DNA of 64,000 bases, taken from positions 831,430 through 895,429 of the forward strand of contig CBDBKC010000038.1 of NCBI GenBank assembly GCA_965206655.1. The letters are read 5' to 3'. The DNA comes from Bryobacterales bacterium. GTDB lineage: Bacteria; Acidobacteriota; Terriglobia; Bryobacterales; UBA6623. Position 1 is the stretch's first letter. Every line of letters starts with the position of its first letter. The notes beneath the pieces were generated by a model that was not told where the DNA came from, ran no database searches, and was given only the letters and a program-made list of their open reading frames with translations. The position numbers were made by a program, and so were the translations under genes. Of this stretch, positions 11,434-21,625 are shown piece by piece.

Positions 11434-12667
11434 ACCTTTACGAATCGCTGTCCTCAGTCTTCATACCTGTCCACTTTCACGGCCCGGTACGCGGGATTCG
11501 GGCGGCATGAATGTGTATGTTCGGGAAACGGTGCGCGTGATGGCGTCAAAAGGCGTACTGGTGGACATATTCACCCGCAGGCATGGCGGCGCGGATGAGG
11601 ACGTCGCCCTCGGAGTCGGTTGCCGACTGGTGCATATCGAAGCGGGCCCGCCGGATATAGCCAAGGGCGATCTGGCCCCCTGGCTGGCGAGTTTCGTGCA
11701 AGGTGTGGAGGAGTTTGCTCGGCGCACCGGCGGCGCCTATGACGGGGTGGTGAGTCACTATTGGCTTTCGGGGCTGGCGGGGATTCGTCTGCGGGATTTG
11801 TGGGGCGGCCGGCATGTAGCGGGTTTGCACACCTTGGCCGTGCCGAAGTCACGGGCGTTCCCCCACGATGCTGTGATGCCGGCACGCGTCGCCGGCGAAC
11901 GGCTCGTTGTGAAAGAGGCGGACGCACTATTGGCAGCAACCACACACGACCACGAAGCGCTGGTGGTGGACTATGGGGCGGACGAAAAACGCATCGTGGT
12001 TGCTCCGCCGGCTGTGGATACGGCACGGTTCCGTCCGCGGGATCGAGAGACTTGCTGCCGCCGGTTGAGACTCTCGGCGGAGGGCCACCGGCTTCTCTTC
12101 GTCGGCCGGACGATTCCACTGAAGGGTATTGAAGTGCTTTTCGAGGCTCTATCGCTGATGACGCCCGACACGTCGGCGGTTGTTGTCGGGGGAGAATTAA
12201 ACGGCCATGAGCACGAGTTATTGGCGGCCGCGGCACGGCGACTCCGCGTGGTTGAGCGTGTCACGTTTGCGGGCAGTGTTCCTCACCAGCACTTGCCGTT
12301 GTACTACGGGGCGTCCGATGTTTGTGTTCTGCCTTCGTATTACGAGAGCTACGGACTGGCGGCGTTGGAGGCTCTGGCTTGCGGCCGGCCGGTCGTCGCT
12401 TCAAAGGTGGGGGGACTAGAGTCGGTGGTGAACCACGGTGTCAATGGATTCCTGGCGTCACCCGGTTCGCCGGAAGAATTTGCGAAGGCGATTACGACTC
12501 TACTCAGCGACCAGGACCTTTGTCGTTCACTGGGCCTGGCGGGCGTCAAGAGCGCACGGCATCGCGGTTGGGCACAAACGGCCGAGAGGATTCTCGGATG
12601 CTTGGTGGACCCGGCCCCGGCCGCTCGTTCGGCGCTCGATGCATCGGTGGCCATCGCTCGGTCATGA
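11426..12667 (+). CDS. GT4 glycosyltransferase, MshA-like (D-inositol-3-phosphate GlcNAc transferase-like)
   Basis: N-terminus …RIAVLSLHTCPLSRPGTRDSGGMNVYV… matches the MshA signature; C-terminal GT-B EX7E region. Confidence 0.75.
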   Translation: MRTPLRIAVLSLHTCPLSRPGTRDSGGMNVYVRETVRVMASKGVLVDIFTRRHGGADEDVALGVGCRLVHIEAGPPDIAKGDLAPWLASFVQGVEEFARRTGGAYDGVVSHYWLSGLAGIRLRDLWGGRHVAGLHTLAVPKSRAFPHDAVMPARVAGERLVVKEADALLAATTHDHEALVVDYGADEKRIVVAPPAVDTARFRPRDRETCCRRLRLSAEGHRLLFVGRTIPLKGIEVLFEALSLMTPDTSAVVVGGELNGHEHELLAAAARRLRVVERVTFAGSVPHQHLPLYYGASDVCVLPSYYESYGLAALEALACGRPVVASKVGGLESVVNHGVNGFLASPGSPEEFAKAITTLLSDQDLCRSLGLAGVKSARHRGWAQTAERILGCLVDPAPAARSALDASVAIARS

Positions 12668-13506
12668 TCGAGGTCATCTTTCTTGATCTTGACGAGACGC
12701 TCGTCGCCCAGGAGCAAGCTTTCGAACGCGCCTACCAGGCGGTGGCGCGTTTGGCCGCGGACCTTTCCGGAATTGATGCCTTCTCGTTCGCGCAAGCGGT
12801 TCCGGCGGCGGCGGATGCTTGTTTCAACGGGTTGGGAACGGCCGAATTTGTACGGCGTTGCCGGTTTGGGGGACGAGATGTGCTCTGGGGCGATACGAGA
12901 GTGGGGGAAGCACCGGGAGAAGCGGGGGCGGATGCCGCGGAATCGCTGCGCAAGCTCGACGAGGAGGTCGGAGGATATCGTCTGGCGGCTTGGTCGCATT
13001 TGCTGGAAGAGTTCGGGGTTCGCCCCGGCTCGCAACAAGAGGAGATACGCGGTTCGCTTGATGCATGCTTCCGGCGGGAGATGGACGCGGGGATTGAGGC
13101 GTTCCCCGACGTCGTTCCAGCGCTTGAGCGGTTGAGCAGGAGCTACCGTTTGGGAGTCATCACGAACGGTTTGCCGCTGGGTCAGCGGAGGAAACTCGAG
13201 CGATTGGGGATAGCTCGGTATTTCGAAACGCTGGTGGCTTCAGCCGAGGTGGGAGTCGGCAAACCGGATCGCGAAATCTTTTGTAGGGCGCTGAGCCGAA
13301 TGCGAGTTGCCGCCGGTGACGCCTTGATGGTCGGAGATAGTCTGGAGGGGGATGTGCTTGGCCCGCAACGGGCGGGGATGAAAGCTGTTTGGCTGCGGCG
13401 CGGAGATTACAGCGGGGCAGGGTGCGCGAACGAGGTTCCAGTCGCGGCGGATCTTCAGGAGTTGGAGGCTGTGCTGAACTCGGTTTCACTCAGTTCGGCG
13501 CTGTGA
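12664..13506 (+). CDS. HAD-superfamily hydrolase (phosphatase)
   Basis: Motif I FLDLDETL at N-terminus; …VGDSLEGD… motif IV. ATGA start/stop overlap with the GT4 gene. Confidence 0.7.
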   Translation: MIEVIFLDLDETLVAQEQAFERAYQAVARLAADLSGIDAFSFAQAVPAAADACFNGLGTAEFVRRCRFGGRDVLWGDTRVGEAPGEAGADAAESLRKLDEEVGGYRLAAWSHLLEEFGVRPGSQQEEIRGSLDACFRREMDAGIEAFPDVVPALERLSRSYRLGVITNGLPLGQRRKLERLGIARYFETLVASAEVGVGKPDREIFCRALSRMRVAAGDALMVGDSLEGDVLGPQRAGMKAVWLRRGDYSGAGCANEVPVAADLQELEAVLNSVSLSSAL

Positions 13507-14840
13507 ATACGCGAGCGGTGGTACGGGGCTTGTGGGGTCTGGCGGTTAGCGCGGACCGACCGGAGGCGGAGATCGTGGCCTACCAGGAGGCTTGCCTGCG
13601 TCAGTCGGTCCGGCACGCCCACGCGAAGGTTCCCTATTATCGGCGGTTGTTGGATGAGGCGGGCGTCGATCCCCGCGGGATTCGCCGGCTGCGCGACCTC
13701 GCATTGATTCCCGTGACGTCGCGCGAAGACATTCAGTTGTTGTCCGCCCCTGACCTTTGTGCTCGGGACGTCGATGTCAACACATTACGGATGCTTCAAA
13801 CCAGCGGATCGACGGGAGCGCCTCTTACTGTTCGCCGCACACCTTGGGAGGAGCAGTTGATGCTCGCCTATCGGGTTCGAACGTACGTCGACCTTGGCTG
13901 GGATCTCCACTGGCGGAGGGCCGCCATCGACTACTACACACCGGAGACGTTGCGGGCGGAGGGCGGTGTCCAGGTGCATGATCGGCTTGGGATTTTGCCC
14001 CGGCTCTTGATTGACTGGCGAACCCCGAAGAGCCGCATCATCGACAAATTGGCGAAGTTTCGTCCTCACGCTGTGAGTGGACCTCCGTCGATTCTTTCGT
14101 GGCTCGCGGATGAGTGGACGGAAGAAGACCGGCGGCGGGTTCCCCTGCGAATGGTGATAGCGGGGGCCGAGACCCTCACTCGGGATATGCGTCGGCGGAT
14201 CGAGCGGGGTTTCGACGCGCCCGTTGGGGATGTCTACGGTTGCCATGAAACGGTCTTCATAGCGATGCGGGGACCGTCGCAAACTGCCCATCGGGTGTGC
14301 CGGGACGCGGCGATCGTCGAAGTGCTTAGGGATGGCAAGCCGGTGGGGCCCGGGGAATCCGGTGAGATCTTCGTGACAGCTTTGCATCTTTTTGCGATGC
14401 CATTTATTCGATACCGAGTGGGGGACACCGTGAGGGTGGGGGCGGTAGCGGGCGAAGGGGATTCGGTATCGGAGTTGACATCGATTGACGGACGGGTGAT
14501 GGACCGCTTCTTCCTTCCGGGGGGACGGGAGCTACATCCGTACGCGTTAGGTGACGCGATTCAGGACAGCGGTTTAGCCGTTCGGCGCTTCCAGATCGTG
14601 CAAGAGAGGCGCGATTTGTTTCTGGTGCGGATTGTGTTGCCCGAGGATGCCTGCGACGAGACGGCTCGAGTGGAATGTTTGGAAAGGCGGGTTCAGGAGA
14701 TTCTGGAAGGCGGCACGAGCGTGCGGCTGGAAGTTGTGAGGTCCCTGGCGCCGAGCGAGGGGCGTAAGTTTCGGCCGTATGTTCCCGTGGAGTCTTTATG
14801 CGGAGAAGATAGCTTTTCTGTCCCCTCATCTCATGGCTAG
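13503..14840 (+). CDS. Adenylate-forming enzyme, phenylacetate-CoA ligase (PaaK)/F390 synthetase family
   Basis: TSGSTGAPL P-loop-like AMP-binding motif. GTG start overlaps the HAD stop (GTGA). Confidence 0.6.
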   Translation: MNTRAVVRGLWGLAVSADRPEAEIVAYQEACLRQSVRHAHAKVPYYRRLLDEAGVDPRGIRRLRDLALIPVTSREDIQLLSAPDLCARDVDVNTLRMLQTSGSTGAPLTVRRTPWEEQLMLAYRVRTYVDLGWDLHWRRAAIDYYTPETLRAEGGVQVHDRLGILPRLLIDWRTPKSRIIDKLAKFRPHAVSGPPSILSWLADEWTEEDRRRVPLRMVIAGAETLTRDMRRRIERGFDAPVGDVYGCHETVFIAMRGPSQTAHRVCRDAAIVEVLRDGKPVGPGESGEIFVTALHLFAMPFIRYRVGDTVRVGAVAGEGDSVSELTSIDGRVMDRFFLPGGRELHPYALGDAIQDSGLAVRRFQIVQERRDLFLVRIVLPEDACDETARVECLERRVQEILEGGTSVRLEVVRSLAPSEGRKFRPYVPVESLCGEDSFSVPSSHG

Positions 14841-14939
14841 ATGGCAGCACGGATAGTTCCATTTGTTTGACGATTTGCAATCCGCCGGGCTTACACCTAC
14901 GCTGAACCCTGAAAGCAGTGCAAGTTTGGGGGTCGCATT

Positions 14940-16554
14940 ATGACCAAATCTCGTCAGCCTAAGAATCGCGCCCGCCTCAGCCGCCGTGATGTTTTTCGGG
15001 GGAGCAGCGTGGCCGCGGCCGGCCTTCTCGCCGGCTCCACCCCAGCCGGGGCCGCGCGTATGCCCGCTTCGCCCGATGTTTATACGCGCATCGGCGTTAA
15101 GCCTTTCATTAATCTCACCGCCGCCGTCACGATCAACGGTGGCTTGCTAACGTTGCCGAACGTCAAGGAGGCGATGGAGGAGGCGTCGCATTTTTCCGTC
15201 AATATGGATGAGCTTCTCGAGGCGGTGGGCAAGCGGCTGGCTGAACTCTTTCAATGTGAAGGAGCGATGGTCGCCTCCGGTGCGGCGGGGGCGTTGACCC
15301 ATGCCACGTCGGCCTGTCTAGCCGGCGGCAACCCCGAGCGCATCCGGCAACTCCCCGACCTGACGGGCCTGCGCAGCGAAGTCATCATGCCTCGTCCTTC
15401 ACGGAACATGTACGACCACGCTATCCAAGCGCTGGGCATCACCATGACTACCGTCGACACGCGCGAGGAATTCCACCGCGCCCTGAGCCATGACACCGCC
15501 TTGATCGCCGTCCTCGGCAACGCCGAATCGCGCAGCGAGATTCGTCTCGAAGAAATGGCGGAGGCGGGACGCAAGTATGGTGCGCCTGTCGTTGTCGATG
15601 CCTCGCCGGAATGGCCTCAATCGCCGGACCCCTACCTGGAGCGAGGCGCCGATTTGGTTGCCTACTCGGGCGGCAAAATTTGCGCCGGGCCTCAGTGCAG
15701 CGGATTCCTAATCGGCCGCAAAGACCTTATCTACGCCGCGCGGATGAACAGCGCGCCGCATCATTCCTTCGGTCGCATGATGAAAGTCGGCAAAGAAGAA
15801 ATCATGGGCGCACTCGTGGCCGCCGAATATACGTTGGGCGAGCGCAGCCACGCGAACGAAGTCGCGAAGTGGACCGGCTGGCTGCGCCGTGTGGATGCCA
15901 AAGTCAAGCAGGTTCCCGGTGTCAAGACCACACTGAAGCCGCCCCCCGGCAAGAACCCTCATCCCGTACTCGACGTCGAATGGGACGCTGAGCGCATTGG
16001 CTACACGGCAGGCGAACTGCACGACCTATCTCATGTCGACCGAGCCGCGCATCCAGACCCATGCCGCGGGAGAGGGGAATTCTTTCCCGATTCGGATCGG
16101 TAATTGCCGCGAGGATCAAATCGACGTCGTCGCCAACCGCCTTGCCGAGGTCCTTCGCAATGCACCGAAGCCGAAGCCGAAACGCGAAGCGCCGCCCGCG
16201 GCTGATATCTCGGGACGCTGGGACGCGGAACTCACGTTTACTCCGGGGTCTGCCCGGCACACTCTGCACTTTGAAGCCAAGGGCAATAAGCTCAACGGGA
16301 CGCATGGCGGCCAACGCGGCAGCGGTGAACTTTCCGGCACGATCAACGGCGATCGCGTGCGGTTCCGAAGCCAACTGATCCACGATGCCGAGCGCACCGG
16401 CTACAGTTTCCACGGGCGGCTCAACGGCAACGAAATCACGGGCGATCTCCACTTGGGAGAATACGGTAAGGCGCGCTTCAAAGCGTGGCGTCACGAGTAT
16501 GGCCGCCCGGTGCGGGAAGATCCGTCCGTTTCGGGAAAGACGGGAAAGGTCTGA
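14940..16554 (+). pseudogene. Tat-exported SelA-like (fold-type I PLP) enzyme, paralog 1, interrupted by a single-nucleotide frameshift near 16030
   Basis: RRDVFR Tat motif. Homology to paralog 2 continues from frame 1 (…GYTAGELHDL) into ORF 15997..16554 (…TEPRIQTHAAGEGNSF…DISGRWD…). Confidence 0.6.
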
Positions 16555-16588
16555 AGCACATTCCAGGAGCATCAAGAAAGGTTTTGAA

Positions 16589-18142
16589 ATGAAGAGTCAC
16601 CTCAGTCGTCGGCGCTGGATGCAGTCCGGCGGTATTGCGAGCGCCACTGCCCTTCTCCAAGCCGCGGGGGCGACGCCGTTGTCTGCTGCCCCGGTGGAAG
16701 AGCCGCCGCCCGACGTCTACACGAAGCTCGGCGCCAAGCCGTTTATCAATTGCACGGCGACTATCACGCGCAACGGCGGTTCGCGCCAGCTTCCCGAGGT
16801 GATCGAGGCCATTCATCACGCCGGCCACTATCACGTGAACCTTGACCAGCTGATGGAGTCCGCGGGCAAGCGCATCTCCGAGTTGCTCAAGGTGGACTGG
16901 GCGATCGTCACTTCCGGCGCCGCTGCCGCTCTCGCCCACGCCACGGCTGCGTGTGTCGCCGGAACCGACCCCGAGCGGATGCAACAGCTTCCGGACCTGA
17001 CGGGCCTCAAGAACGAGGTCATCATACCGAAGTCGTCGCGCAATGTTTACGACCATGCAGTCCGCATGGTGGGTGTAAAGATTGTCGAAGTCGATTCCGC
17101 GGAGGAACTTCGCGACGCCATCAACCACCGCACCGCGATGATCGCCGTTCTCGGCGACCGCTTCAACAACAACGTCCGCCTACCGCTGAAGGAAGTTGGA
17201 CCGATAGCGAAGCAGGCCGGCATTCCGGTTCTCGTGGATGCCGCCGCGGACTATCTTGTCGTTCCCAATCCCTACATCGCACAGGGGGCGACCCTCGTTG
17301 CCTCTTCGGGCGGAAAAATCCTGCGCGGTCCGCAGACGGCCGGGCTGCTCGTCGGAGACGAAAAACTGATCCGCGCCGCGTTCGCGAACGCCGCCCACCA
17401 TCACGCATTCGGACGGCCGATGAAGGTGAGCAAGGAAGAGATTGTCGGCATGACCACGGCCGTTGACGTTTTCATCAACAAACGCGACATCCAGGCTGAG
17501 TACCGTGAGTGGGAAAGTTGGTACGACTACATCGACAGGGAAATCACGAAGGTTGACGGCGTTTCGACAACGCGTTCGGGCCCCTCGCGGGGCGGTCCCT
17601 TTCCTGTCCTATCGATCGAGTGGAACCCAAAGAAGATTGCTTTGACAGCGGGCGAAGTCGGTGAACTCTTGCTTAACGGTGAGCCCAGCATTGGCTCACA
17701 TGCCGAGGGAGATGGTCACTCCTTCCGTCTACGCCCCGTCGCCATGAAGCCCAACGAATACCAAGTGGTCGCCGAGCGTCTTCACTCCCTCTTCCGTAAC
17801 GCACCCAGCAGCGCGGACAAGCCGAAGATCCGCCCGCCGGCGACGGATATTTCGGGCCGCTGGGATGTCGAAATCTCGTTCCAGCTTGGCGCCTCCGAGC
17901 ATTTGCTGTTTCTTGAAGCCGACGGAAATGACGTGCGGGGAACCCACTTCGGCACAGTCAAGAGAGGGCAAGTCGAGGGAACGATCGACGGCAACAAAGT
18001 CCGTCTCAAAACGAGCTTGCCTTTTGAGGGCGCGAACCTCAGCTACATCTTCGAAGGCCGTGTCAACGGTAATCAGATGGAGGGCAGCTTGGACTTGGGC
18101 GAATATCCCAATGGAACATGGAAAGCCCGCCGCCACGTTTAG
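16589..18142 (+). CDS. Tat-exported SelA-like PLP-dependent enzyme, paralog 2, with a ~100 aa C-terminal extension domain
   Basis: MKSHLSRRRWMQSGG Tat signal; …GAKPFINCTATITRNGG… SelA/DgaE-like core; C-terminal DISGRWDVE…G..G..G domain shared with paralog 1. Confidence 0.7.
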   Translation: MKSHLSRRRWMQSGGIASATALLQAAGATPLSAAPVEEPPPDVYTKLGAKPFINCTATITRNGGSRQLPEVIEAIHHAGHYHVNLDQLMESAGKRISELLKVDWAIVTSGAAAALAHATAACVAGTDPERMQQLPDLTGLKNEVIIPKSSRNVYDHAVRMVGVKIVEVDSAEELRDAINHRTAMIAVLGDRFNNNVRLPLKEVGPIAKQAGIPVLVDAAADYLVVPNPYIAQGATLVASSGGKILRGPQTAGLLVGDEKLIRAAFANAAHHHAFGRPMKVSKEEIVGMTTAVDVFINKRDIQAEYREWESWYDYIDREITKVDGVSTTRSGPSRGGPFPVLSIEWNPKKIALTAGEVGELLLNGEPSIGSHAEGDGHSFRLRPVAMKPNEYQVVAERLHSLFRNAPSSADKPKIRPPATDISGRWDVEISFQLGASEHLLFLEADGNDVRGTHFGTVKRGQVEGTIDGNKVRLKTSLPFEGANLSYIFEGRVNGNQMEGSLDLGEYPNGTWKARRHV

Positions 18143-18532
18143 TACATCGTTTCAAAAGTTCGGCAACATATCCCTCCACGATTTCGGCGAGGTGAGGAGA
18201 TCGCGATTTCTCTTGCTTGCCGACTACGTGTCCACGTGGTCCAGTTGGGTAAACACGCCGCCGCTAGTGCAGATTTGGCGACCTGTGAGCGATCGGACGC
18301 AGGCCCTCGTACGGCTCGACCGCGCTAGAATGTTGGGCGCAAGGGCGTAGCAGTCAGATTGATGTCGAGAAATAATTTCGCATCGAGAGATCAGGACTCA
18401 GAGCCTGCCGTAGCCCGGCGTGGAGCAGACCCAAACCGAGCCCTCTCAGGCGGCTAGCGGGGACGTGGGCGGATAGCGAGTGACATCGGTTGTTCGCGAC
18501 AGTAAACCGTAAAGAGGTAGAATCGGACCGGC

Positions 18533-21214
18533 ATGGTCGGCCAAACCATCTCGCATTACCGCATCACCGAGAAGCTCGGCGAAGGCGGGATGGGCGTTGT
18601 CTATAAAGCTGAAGACACCAAGCTGGAACGCCCCGTTGCCCTCAAGTTCCTCGCCCCGCACGCCATCGAAGACCCCGAACACAAAGCTCGCTTCGTCCGG
18701 GAAGCCAAGGCCGCGGCGCGCCTGGATCACCAGAACATCTGCTCGGTGTACGAAATCGACGAGGCCGACGGGCAAACCTTCCTCGCCATGGCCTTCCTCG
18801 AAGGCCAAACCGTCAAGGAAAAAATCGCCGAGCGGCCCTTGAAGCTGGAAGAGGCCCTGGACATCGCCATCCAAACGGGGCAAGGACTCGAGGCCGCACA
18901 CGAAAAGGCCATCGTCCATCGCGACATCAAGAGCGCCAATTTGATGCTGACCTCGCAGGGTCAGGTCAAGATCATGGACTTCGGCCTGGCGCAGCTTGCC
19001 GACCGCAGCAAGCTCACCAAGACGACAACCATGCTGGGGACCCCCGCCTACATGTCCCCCGAGCAAGCCCTCCGCGAGCCCACGGACCATCGTACCGACA
19101 TCTGGCCTCTTGGGGTGATGCTCTACGAGATGCTGACGGGACATCTGCCCTTCGAGGGTGAGCGCGAGCAAGCGGTGCTCTATGCGATCACCAACGAGGA
19201 GCCGGAGCCGGTCACCGCTCTGCGCAGCCGCCTGCCGACCGAGCTCGATCGCGTACTGGGCAAGGCGTTAGCGAAGGATCGAGACGAGCGCTATCAGCAC
19301 GCGGATGAGCTATTAGTGGATCTCAGGGTGCTGCAGAAGCAGAGCGGTGAGACGAAGCCTTCCCGAGCGGTCGCCGCGGTTGATGCGCCAGGGCCTAGCG
19401 TCGCGCCGAAAGTGGAACCATCTTTGCCAGAGCCGACACAAGCGCCCGCGAAGCCTTGGACCCGCTTCGCCCTCCCCGTCGCAGTCGGCGCAGCGACGGT
19501 CTTCTTCGCCCTCTGGGTGATGGAGCGGGCCGAGCCCGAGCCGGAGCGGCCGGTGCGCAAGTTTACGCTCGAAGTCACCAACGCCGAGACGCCGGAGATC
19601 TCGCCCGACGGCCGGAGCATCGTGTATGCCGCGGGAGACGGTCTCTACGTCCGCAAGCTGGCGGACTCCGAGCCGCGACTGCTGGTTGACAACCTAGTCC
19701 GCCAAGGCTTCGGCGCCCGCCCGTTCTGGTCTCCCGACAGTCGCTCGATTGGCTTTGCGTCGGACGGGGTTCTTTTCCGCATCGATGCCGATGGCGGGAC
19801 TCCCAGGCGCCTGTGCTCGGTCGGCGTCTTCGGGGGAGGAAGCTGGAGCCCCGACGGCGAATCGATCGTTTTCACCAACTTTCGGGTACTATACGAAGTT
19901 TCCGCCGGTGGCGGGCGTCCCAAAGTCATCGTACGCGGGTCCGATGTCGATTTACCGGACCGCCGGGTCCTGACTCGTCCCCGCTTTTTGCCGACGACAC
20001 CCGACCGCAGGATTCTCGCTTACCAGATCGGCCAAGGGGCCACGGGACTGACGCTCGTCGTTCACGACCTCGATGATGGCGAGCCCGTGGCTCTCGGCAA
20101 GTGCCATCTCACCTTCGGTTACTCTCCTCCCGGACTCTTTCTGTATCCGGGCATGGAAGGGAGTTCGAGGCTCTGGGCGCTGTCGTTTTCGTTGGAGGAC
20201 CTGACGGCCAAAGGCGAGCCGTTTCCCGTCTACCCCGAAGGCGCATGGCCGTCCGTCTCGACCGATGGGACCGCCGTCTTCGTCACCGGGAACGCACAGG
20301 TGCTCAGTCCACGGCAGCTCATTTGGCGTTCTCGCGACGGAGTCAGGCTGGAGGCGGCCGGGCCCCCGTCGCCGATCCTAGACGCCCCTGAGCTATCCCC
20401 CGACGGCCGCCTCGCACTTGTCAACGACGGAATGCGTCCCGCCGTCGTTGACCTGAAACGCAACGTTATGAGCCGGCTGACGTCTGACGATGTTCGAGCC
20501 AACTCCAAACAGTGGACGTCTTCCGGGGTCGTTTTGGACCATCAATCGTCTCCCGCGAATCCCCAGACGGGCTTGTACCTGGTTCCTCACGATCAAAGCG
20601 CCACCCGCAAGCTCCTCGCGAAACTCGACCGAAACGCGATGGTGATCGACGCTACCAACGACGGGTCCATCGTGTACGCCTTTGAACACGAGGACTCCCC
20701 GGGGGTGGCCGATGAGATCTACCTGTTGGAGGTGCGCGCCGACGGAAGCTTCAACGAGGCGAGGAGGATTTTGAGTACGGTTCCGGGGGTGAGCGAGCTT
20801 CAAGTCTCCCCTGACGGTGAGCTGGCCGCGCTTGTAAGGGTCACGGACTACCAGGGCCGGGTCTACGTCCAAGCCTTTCCGGAAGGCGGTGCGAGCGTTC
20901 TCGTTTCAGCGAGTGGCGGCGAGGACGTCCGGTGGAATCCCCTCGGCGGAGAGCTCTTCTACATCGAGGGCGAGACGCTGATGTCTGTCGAGATCAAGCG
21001 GGGCGAGGATGGGAGCGTCGAGGTCTCGATTCCCCGACCGCTTTTCAGCGACCGCAACTTTCTCAACAGCCGCGTGACGCACAGCGCCATGTATGACGTC
21101 GCCCCCGACGGCTTGAAGTTTCTTGTCGTCGAGGCGGCGGAACCCGATCCCGAGGCCAGGTCTCAGATCCGTGTCGTCGAAAACTGGTACGAAGAGTTCC
21201 GCGACCGCGAGTAG
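18533..21214 (+). CDS. Hanks-type Ser/Thr protein kinase with TM segment and C-terminal TolB-like (PD40/WD40) beta-propeller
   Basis: GEGGMGVVYKA…ALK, HRDIKSANL, DFG, APE motifs; C-terminal repeats SPDGRSIV/SPDSRSIG/SPDGES. Confidence 0.85.
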   Translation: MVGQTISHYRITEKLGEGGMGVVYKAEDTKLERPVALKFLAPHAIEDPEHKARFVREAKAAARLDHQNICSVYEIDEADGQTFLAMAFLEGQTVKEKIAERPLKLEEALDIAIQTGQGLEAAHEKAIVHRDIKSANLMLTSQGQVKIMDFGLAQLADRSKLTKTTTMLGTPAYMSPEQALREPTDHRTDIWPLGVMLYEMLTGHLPFEGEREQAVLYAITNEEPEPVTALRSRLPTELDRVLGKALAKDRDERYQHADELLVDLRVLQKQSGETKPSRAVAAVDAPGPSVAPKVEPSLPEPTQAPAKPWTRFALPVAVGAATVFFALWVMERAEPEPERPVRKFTLEVTNAETPEISPDGRSIVYAAGDGLYVRKLADSEPRLLVDNLVRQGFGARPFWSPDSRSIGFASDGVLFRIDADGGTPRRLCSVGVFGGGSWSPDGESIVFTNFRVLYEVSAGGGRPKVIVRGSDVDLPDRRVLTRPRFLPTTPDRRILAYQIGQGATGLTLVVHDLDDGEPVALGKCHLTFGYSPPGLFLYPGMEGSSRLWALSFSLEDLTAKGEPFPVYPEGAWPSVSTDGTAVFVTGNAQVLSPRQLIWRSRDGVRLEAAGPPSPILDAPELSPDGRLALVNDGMRPAVVDLKRNVMSRLTSDDVRANSKQWTSSGVVLDHQSSPANPQTGLYLVPHDQSATRKLLAKLDRNAMVIDATNDGSIVYAFEHEDSPGVADEIYLLEVRADGSFNEARRILSTVPGVSELQVSPDGELAALVRVTDYQGRVYVQAFPEGGASVLVSASGGEDVRWNPLGGELFYIEGETLMSVEIKRGEDGSVEVSIPRPLFSDRNFLNSRVTHSAMYDVAPDGLKFLVVEAAEPDPEARSQIRVVENWYEEFRDRE

Positions 21215-21625
21215 GACTGAGGCTCTAACTCATACACGGCGCACGACATAGTGCCCTTTTGCAGCATTACTGTCGCGATATCTAAGTGTTGTAACGCAAG
21301 CGACCCGAGCAGAGGGGGCCGCGAGACGGCAGAGGGAGTCGCTTGCGTTACAACGATATGAAGGGAGCCGTTCGAGGAGGGCTGGGGGTCTATGGGTTTT
21401 GAATCGGATTGGTTAGAGGCGGTGAGGAGAGGCTGGTAGCGGTTCGAGGGCGATCGAGGGGTTGGAGAGCTGTCTGGGGAGCGGTGAGGAGACAAGGAAC
21501 GGAGCGTTTTTGCTTCTGCCCGAGCAGCCGGAGTGAGCCGAACAGGTCGCGAGAGCTCGACCAGGCGCACGAGGACGGTTCGCGCCGAAGCGGCCAGAGT
21601 CGTCGAGCTTGGGTGCGGCGTAGCA

